Source: Eukaryota sp. TZLM1-RC
Taxonomy: Eukaryota > Protista > Metamonada: BaSk clade
DNA: 64,000 bases
Direction: 5' to 3'
NCBI GenBank assembly: GCA_040285825.1
Contig: JAUPSS010000002.1
Coordinates: 2,232,001-2,296,000 of the forward strand
The notes below the pieces were generated by a model. That model saw nothing but the letters and a program-made list of their open reading frames with translations. It ran no database searches and was not told the DNA's origin. The stretch's first letter is position 1; every line of letters begins with the position of its first letter. Shown piece after piece: positions 57,901 to 64,000 of this stretch. Position numbers and translations under genes: made by a program.

Positions 57901-60382
57901 TTCATGAATTGGTTCACTGTCAAACCGTTGATTAGATGCCAGTTCTGCTGATCTAGCTAGTTCAAGTTCTTCGCGAAGTCTAGCAACTTCGCTGGCTAAA
58001 GCAACTTGGGCAGGATCCTCGATGTTACCTCGAGCTTCGTCTACAATTCTATCCGTACGACTCCAGAGGATAAACTTGTTAACAAACTTGAGGAGTTTAT
58101 CAACGTCTCTTAGATCAGTCGCGTCGAGAGTTGGACGTTTAGGGCGGTCTCTGCGTCTGTTGTCTCTATCTCTTGATCCCACCATGGAAGATAGGAGAAG
58201 GTTACTATCGTAAGTACCTGAGAAAGTAGAACGTGAAGAACTAACCGTAGAAGGTGTTGGTTGAGCCGTGTGTTGTGAACTTGTTGAACCAGTGGAAGGA
58301 GGTGTGGGTGGAACCAGTGATTGTTCCATAGGCTGTGCAGGTGCTGGAGTTTGTTCCATTGGTGCTAGCACAGTTGGAATTGAGTCTGGAGTTGGGGACT
58401 CATCACTGACTTCTACTACAACATCCTCTTCAGTTTGTTCCATGGGAGGATTATGCGAGGGTTCTGTAGAAGTTTCCATAGGTTGATCTGCGGAAGGTGG
58501 AACTTCACGTTGGTGAGGTTCAGGAGAAGGTTCTATCTCTTCAATCTGGGCTGGAACCTGGTAAGAAGAGATCGCTGGTTGAACCAAGCGTGTTTTCTCT
58601 ATACGACCTTCTATCATTACCCTATTTAACATCCTGGATTCTATGCATCCAGGGAAAACGGTGACGAGCTGGAGGGCTCTTTGAAGATTGCCTGATCTTC
58701 TGTGGTCAGGACCACAATATGAAGCTATATGGTCAGGACGTCTGTCGTAAAGAAAGAGTCTTTCACCATATGTGGTTTCGGTAAACCACCACCCTGTTCT
58801 ATAATCTCTGTCGATAAGGATATCGAGAGATGCGTTGTACCCAGGGCTGAACCTAGGGTATGGGCAAGGGTTGTGAACATTTAAGAAGAGGTTGTCTTCA
58901 TCTCCAGCGAAGCGTCTGAATACTCCTTCTCGAGTAGTTCTCATGAACCTAACTCCGGTTCTTGGGTCGTAAGTTGGTTCTGGGTCATTCTTGGAGGTTT
59001 CTGGGGTGATCCTTTCGTCGGTAAGAAATGGACCTATTCTGGGAGAGATCCATAATCCTAAGTCGTTCTCGACTTTGGGACCGTAGAAAGGAGGACGTTT
59101 GTTGCTCATCTCCGTGGGAGGGATGGTCTCTGGATCCTCTGGAATGACTTGTGTATCCCTATATCTAGCATAAGGATTGTGCTGACGGGAAGCACCATGA
59201 TGAACACTCGAGCTAGCGTAGGAGCTAGTTTGAGAAGGGGTAGGTTGAGCAAGTGTAGAGGATGTTCCTCTTCTAACTTCAATCTCTCTATCCAGTCTTT
59301 TTCTGTGTTCCCAGTTACGTTCTTCTTGAAGAAAACGCTCTACATATTCTTTAGAGACCTCACCAGGAATTCTGTCAATTTCAGATGGAGGTGCCGTGGA
59401 AGGGACCTGATGTTGAGGTAGAGGGGAGAATTCCTTGGGAGGTTCCTCGTACTCTACCAAATCTGAAAAGATTTGTTCGTACTTTTTCCTTTTCTCTTCA
59501 GAAAGATATGAAGGAAGGTGCGAAGGGCTAGGAATGGAATCACTAGCCTGGTGAGGGGAAATAGACAGATTATTAACTCCACTAACTGTTGAAGTTAGAG
59601 GAGATCCTGAAGTTGGAACAGCAGGATTTTGAATATTCCTCCTAACAGTTGGAACTGGAGGGAGGAGCTGTTGAGGATGAGAGGGTGGAACCTCAGAACT
59701 GGATGGAAGGGATGAAGATGGTACTTCAATGGCCTTCTTAGAGGAGGAAGAGGGTTGGTCTTCCAATCCTTCTTGTGACGCGAGAGAAGGTTGAACAGTC
59801 TCTCTGTTCTGAGTAGAAGGTGAAGGTGGTACTTCAGAACTTCTTTCATGGAGGGGAGAAGGTGGGACTTCAGAGACCCTCAACTGCGAAGGAGGGAGAG
59901 GAGCAACGGAATCCTCTGCGTCCTCGTCGTCGTAGGAGACCAACGAAGGACTTCTTCCTTCCGAAGGAACAGAATCCTTGGGAGGGTTGTCTCCTTCCAC
60001 AGGAACGGAATCCTGAGGAGGGGAGCTTCCTTCCATGGGAACGGAATCCCCTGGAAGGGAACTGTCTTCCTTTGGGATGGAACCCTCAGGGAGAGTTGCT
60101 TCAGGAAGCGCAGAAGCTTCAACCGAAGAAGGAGGCATGGAAGCAGGGTCTGTGGTTAGTGGTGAGGAAGAGGGACCAGTCTCTTCCTCAAGGATCCTAC
60201 GTTGAGCCGGGGACGACCCAATACGTATTGATGGTCTTGGCTGTTGGTTATTGTCAGACATACAATGTAGAGTAACAGAAGAGTAATTTATTACGAAGAG
60301 GAATAGTATTCTCTCTTCTTAAGCTAACAGGCGGAATACTAATAACTAAACTATTAACTATAAATACTATTCAAGACTAACA
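54934..60382 (-). mobile_element. Ty3/gypsy element with single gag-pol ORF (54934-60261), truncated in RNase H; candidate 5' LTR 60266-60382
   Basis: CCHC knuckle CNFCKQMGHPTERC, protease IIDSGAT, RT LDLPKAFWQ/YIDD, RNase H CDASD..FTDR; no integrase or 3' LTR; upstream TG...CA 117-bp segment joins a LINE remnant. Confidence 0.92.
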
Positions 60383-61400
60383 CTTTGGCTTTAAATTCGA
60401 GAGCATCTACAGGGTTAAATTGTCTTCTTTGAACCAAAGTGTCATTTGCGTCTTTTCATGAGACAAAGTCAACAACAGCTTCATAGTTCTCAATCCAATC
60501 ACAGTACATATTACCTCTGTCAACAGAATCAAAACTATTCAATGACAGTGCTTCTGTCAGCAGAGGCTCTTTGAGACACGAGATTCTTGCATTTCGTGCC
60601 ATATTAAAAACAGTGTCTCTAACAGCATCATGTAATGAAGAACGATAAGTTATCAATTTAGAACAATTCAGAGCATGGCGCAAAGTGAGTTGAGGTGAAT
60701 TCGAACAAATACATTTTTCTTTTGATAATAATTGATTAATGGGGATATTCAAATATAATCTCTCTTTTGTTACAAATGCTTCATTAGTGGCACACAATCC
60801 AAATTTTCGTGGTACAATGGTTACAAAAAGTGAAGAATCTAATGACTTATTTTCAAAAAAAACCCTTTTCCAATAACAATGATTGAAGATTTTGATTTAA
60901 AACAGCCGAGCTGCATATATTATTATAAAGATCATTTTCAGACATTCCAGTCAGTCGTTTTTGTAATGTTTGAAGAGTGTATTTTAAATTTAGATAATTT
61001 TTTTTGAGGGATATTGCCATTGAGTGCTTGGGCGAAGCATCGATTCCATTTTTCTACATCAATTCGTGAAATTTGCTCATTTTGAGCAGTTACAGTTGAA
61101 CTTTGCGTTGTCACTAAATCATCCCTATCTACAGATCTTTCAGAAAACTCAAATATTGCATTTCTGCATCCACCAATAAAAGCACATGAAGTAAGAATAG
61201 AAGCCTTTGTCCAACCTAAACCGCCATAAAGTGGACTAAGATAAGCATGATCAGGAATTTGGGACATTTTACATCCTAGTAATTACGACAAAACTTTTGC
61301 ACGAAATTCATTAAACTTCTGGGCCAAAGGCCGGATGATAAGAAGATTTGTAGAACGAAACAAATGATTAAAGTTGGAATTGAAACAAAGTCTCATTTTC
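60383..61400 (-). mobile_element. Non-LTR retrotransposon remnant interrupted by the gypsy element
   Basis: Near-identical to 31040-32050; breaks at ...AAAGCCAAAG where the TGTTAG LTR-like segment begins. Confidence 0.85.
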
Positions 61401-61899
61401 CTAGGATTCATCTACTGGTGTTAAACCAGGTAATTTGTGAAGTGCCCTTCTTTTCATTTTAAACATTCACAACATTTTGGATATTATCAAACAAAAATAC
61501 CCTTCTTTCAATTTTGTTGCTGAAATTGACGGTGTTATTCTCATTAATGCTTTTGATTCACTGCAAATGTTTACTTGGGATATATAAATATATATTGTCA
61601 CTGTAATTTAAATAAAATAAATGTCTCCTAATATGTCAATCTTTTCAAGTCGTTTGACAATGAATGTGTAGTTTCTTCCACTGACTGCAGTAGTGATAAT
61701 GCTCAGCGCTTTTCCCATCGCTTTATGTTTTTGTCCCAATTCCGGATATACCAGCGAGTTCTGTTGTGAATTTGCAGTTTTGTTGCAAACTATTATAGCA
61801 CAAATTGTCAATAATATTTGAAAGCTTTAATTGTGATGTCAGATTTGACATGACTAGGAAAATTCTTTCACAAAAATGTCATATTGTTTTTGAACCTCT

Positions 61900-62340
61900 T
61901 CTGATTTAAGAATAACCATTCTTCATGTTTAAAGTTTTCAATTAAGTTATTCTTGTTCTTTGAATATGAGACTTTGTTCCTTTATCTTGGATGATAATAC
62001 ACATCATTCTCTTATTTGTAAATGTAGTCGAAAAATTATGATCACTCATCTGCTGAATTGTAAACAAATTATTGCCTTTAACTGCAGGGTAAGAGACCTA
62101 TTTAATTATATTGTAATTCTCATAGAATTGAATCTTTGGTGGTCACTGATGTCCGAATCTTTTTCATGTTCAAGATGGTTTTTGTAAACACAATAAAATG
62201 AAGTTAGTTTCCCAAGATTAGATAGAGCTTTTATTTCAGCGGATTTGATGTCTGTACACTCTTGTAATATTTTTACTGAATGGTTAGTTAAGTTTTAATT
62301 TGGTAGTGCTCTTTCACATGGCGAGAATTTCTGAAGGAAG
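61900..62340 (+). mobile_element. Degraded non-LTR fragment
   Basis: LICKCSRK..THLLNCK similar to 4157-4852. Confidence 0.65.
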
Positions 62341-62369
62341 TAACATAGCGAACATTTAAATTGTACATT

Positions 62370-62827
62370 GAACAAGGTGAATGCATCCATTTGATCAAAA
62401 TCAATTTTGTGGCTTTAAAAACTTAAAACATCAGAGACCTACTCCAGGTATTGGATGGATTCAATTTCTGAAATGAAATGGATTTAAAGTACTGATGATT
62501 AATGAAGCTTTCACTTCAGCAAAATGACCTGTTTGTTTTGAAAAGGTTACTACGTTTTTGAGATTAACAAATCCAAGATTCTATAGAAGGGAAAAGACTC
62601 CTGTTACTACGTGTCATGGTCTATTAGCTTGTAATAGTGAGAGTTGCAAACTCAGTAACAAAGGTTCAACAAAGATTTTCAATAGAAATAAGCTGGCTTG
62701 TCTGAATATGTTTGCAATGGCTGAAGCCAGAATGAGAGGTAATGAAAGGCCTCAGTATCTGTGTAGTTGATAGTTTTTGTAATTGTTCCACACGAAAATA
62801 GATCGTGTACTTATGGGAATTTCCCAT
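62370..62827 (+). pseudogene. Fanzor family A 3' fragment plus right end (copy A3)
   Basis: NPRFYRREKTPVTTCHGLLACNSESCK..FNRNKLACLNMFAMAEARMRGNERPQYLCS* plus conserved downstream hairpins. Confidence 0.85.
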
Positions 62828-63256
62828 TCGTTTTTTGGTGTTGATGTATGAAAGTGTTGGAAAAATATTTACCACATGTTTGATTATTGGGTATTTTTAG
62901 ATGGCGTTGATACAATAGTATTAATAATATAAAATAGTATAGGTATGATGCGCTTATTTAAGATATTCAATGTTTTATTACTTCTTTTATTGAAATAGAT
63001 GCTTACACATAGTTGGATGATGGTACACTAAGATTTATTTTATTAAACTAATCATCACTATCATTACCACTACTAAGTTTTTTGAGATTATTCATTGTCT
63101 AATCATTAAGTGTTTTGAGAACTGCATTCATATTTTATTTCATATTTACACAGATCAATAAAAATAAGGACTAACAAGAGTAAATTGATCAAAAACAAGT
63201 AAATTGGTTTTTCGGTTTGTCCAAAAAATTCCCTCATTTTTGTGTTGCATTCAGCA

Positions 63257-64000
63257 ATGCGTTTTCCAGATTGCCTTCTTTCCAATATTAGGCCCCTTAT
63301 AGCTTTGTATGGTTCCACTGAACTTCATGAACGTTTTATTTCATCATCTCCCCACATTAATTTTCTTTCTATTGACGATGAATGGAATCACCCTGCTCCC
63401 TTGACCAAACCAAACCCCGAAACTACACATTCCAAGTCTCCTCACATATTACCATCCACCTGGTTATATGATCTCATCCACTCCCTCCCTTCCTGTATAG
63501 CACTTCTTTTTTCTTTATCTACACCATCTACCGAGGTCACCCAATCCATTACTCATTTTGCTACCTCCGTGTCTTCCCATTCGGTCCGTATTGTTCTAAT
63601 TCTCACCTCTGATGGATCACATCTACGTGACTCATTCATTGAAGCAAGAAAATGTTATGAAAAACTCCTCCCAAAGTCCCACTTACTTTTACTGGATGTC
63701 GCCGCCAATTCTAGTATTGACTACACCCGAGATGCTTTGTTGAATATTGCTAAACATTATTATGAAGATGAGATTGCGGCAATTAAAAGCTATAAATCCA
63801 AAAATCAGGTTAATTTACCAAATAATGTTTTAGTTGGATTTGAATTTAAGCGCGCTGTTTTAAATTCTATAATACTCGATAAAAAGGAAAGTGATTTTCG
63901 CTACTCGAAGTGTCTAGATGCTATCAATTCATCGTCGACAATAACCCTTGAAACTGTCTTTGTTAGAACGGTTACTGTGCTGAGGTTGCTTAGTAGTAAA
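63257..64000 (+). CDS. 5' part of TRAPPC11-like protein, runs off window end
   Basis: Manual translation MRFPDCLLSNIRPLIALYG..ILPSTWL..LPSCIALLF..HYYEDEIAAIKS..GFEFKRAVL, open to window end; resembles the TRAPPC11 N-terminus. Confidence 0.55.
   Translation, partial: MRFPDCLLSNIRPLIALYGSTELHERFISSSPHINFLSIDDEWNHPAPLTKPNPETTHSKSPHILPSTWLYDLIHSLPSCIALLFSLSTPSTEVTQSITHFATSVSSHSVRIVLILTSDGSHLRDSFIEARKCYEKLLPKSHLLLLDVAANSSIDYTRDALLNIAKHYYEDEIAAIKSYKSKNQVNLPNNVLVGFEFKRAVLNSIILDKKESDFRYSKCLDAINSSSTITLETVFVRTVTVLRLLSSK

Overview
AT-rich, gene-dense eukaryotic (protist-like) genomic DNA using the standard code, with very short (28-32 nt) GT-AG introns. About 15 host genes (Vps39-like, kinesin, PRCC-like, RING E3, CLN3/battenin-like, type I membrane protein, GAR1, THOC6-like WD40, four-domain voltage-gated channel, NSUN5, ARM/acidic protein, CNOT11, ACBP, HAT1, TRAPPC11-like) are interleaved with nested mobile DNA. 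The mobile DNA comprises RLE-type non-LTR retrotransposon fragments, Ty3/gypsy elements with tiny 81-92 bp LTRs, a MULE transposase, and at least seven Fanzor (eukaryotic TnpB-like RuvC) remnants from three families. Two candidate novel systems stand out. (1) In Fanzor family B, a conserved, hairpin-forming right end abuts the ATG of three unrelated host genes in the same orientation, and in two copies the terminal hairpin pairs with the ATGTC start itself. (2) Fanzor family A encodes a 2A-like StopGo peptide followed by a PolB-type DEDDy 3'-5' exonuclease fused in frame to the Fanzor N-terminus. All assignments come from reading motifs by eye; no searches were run.
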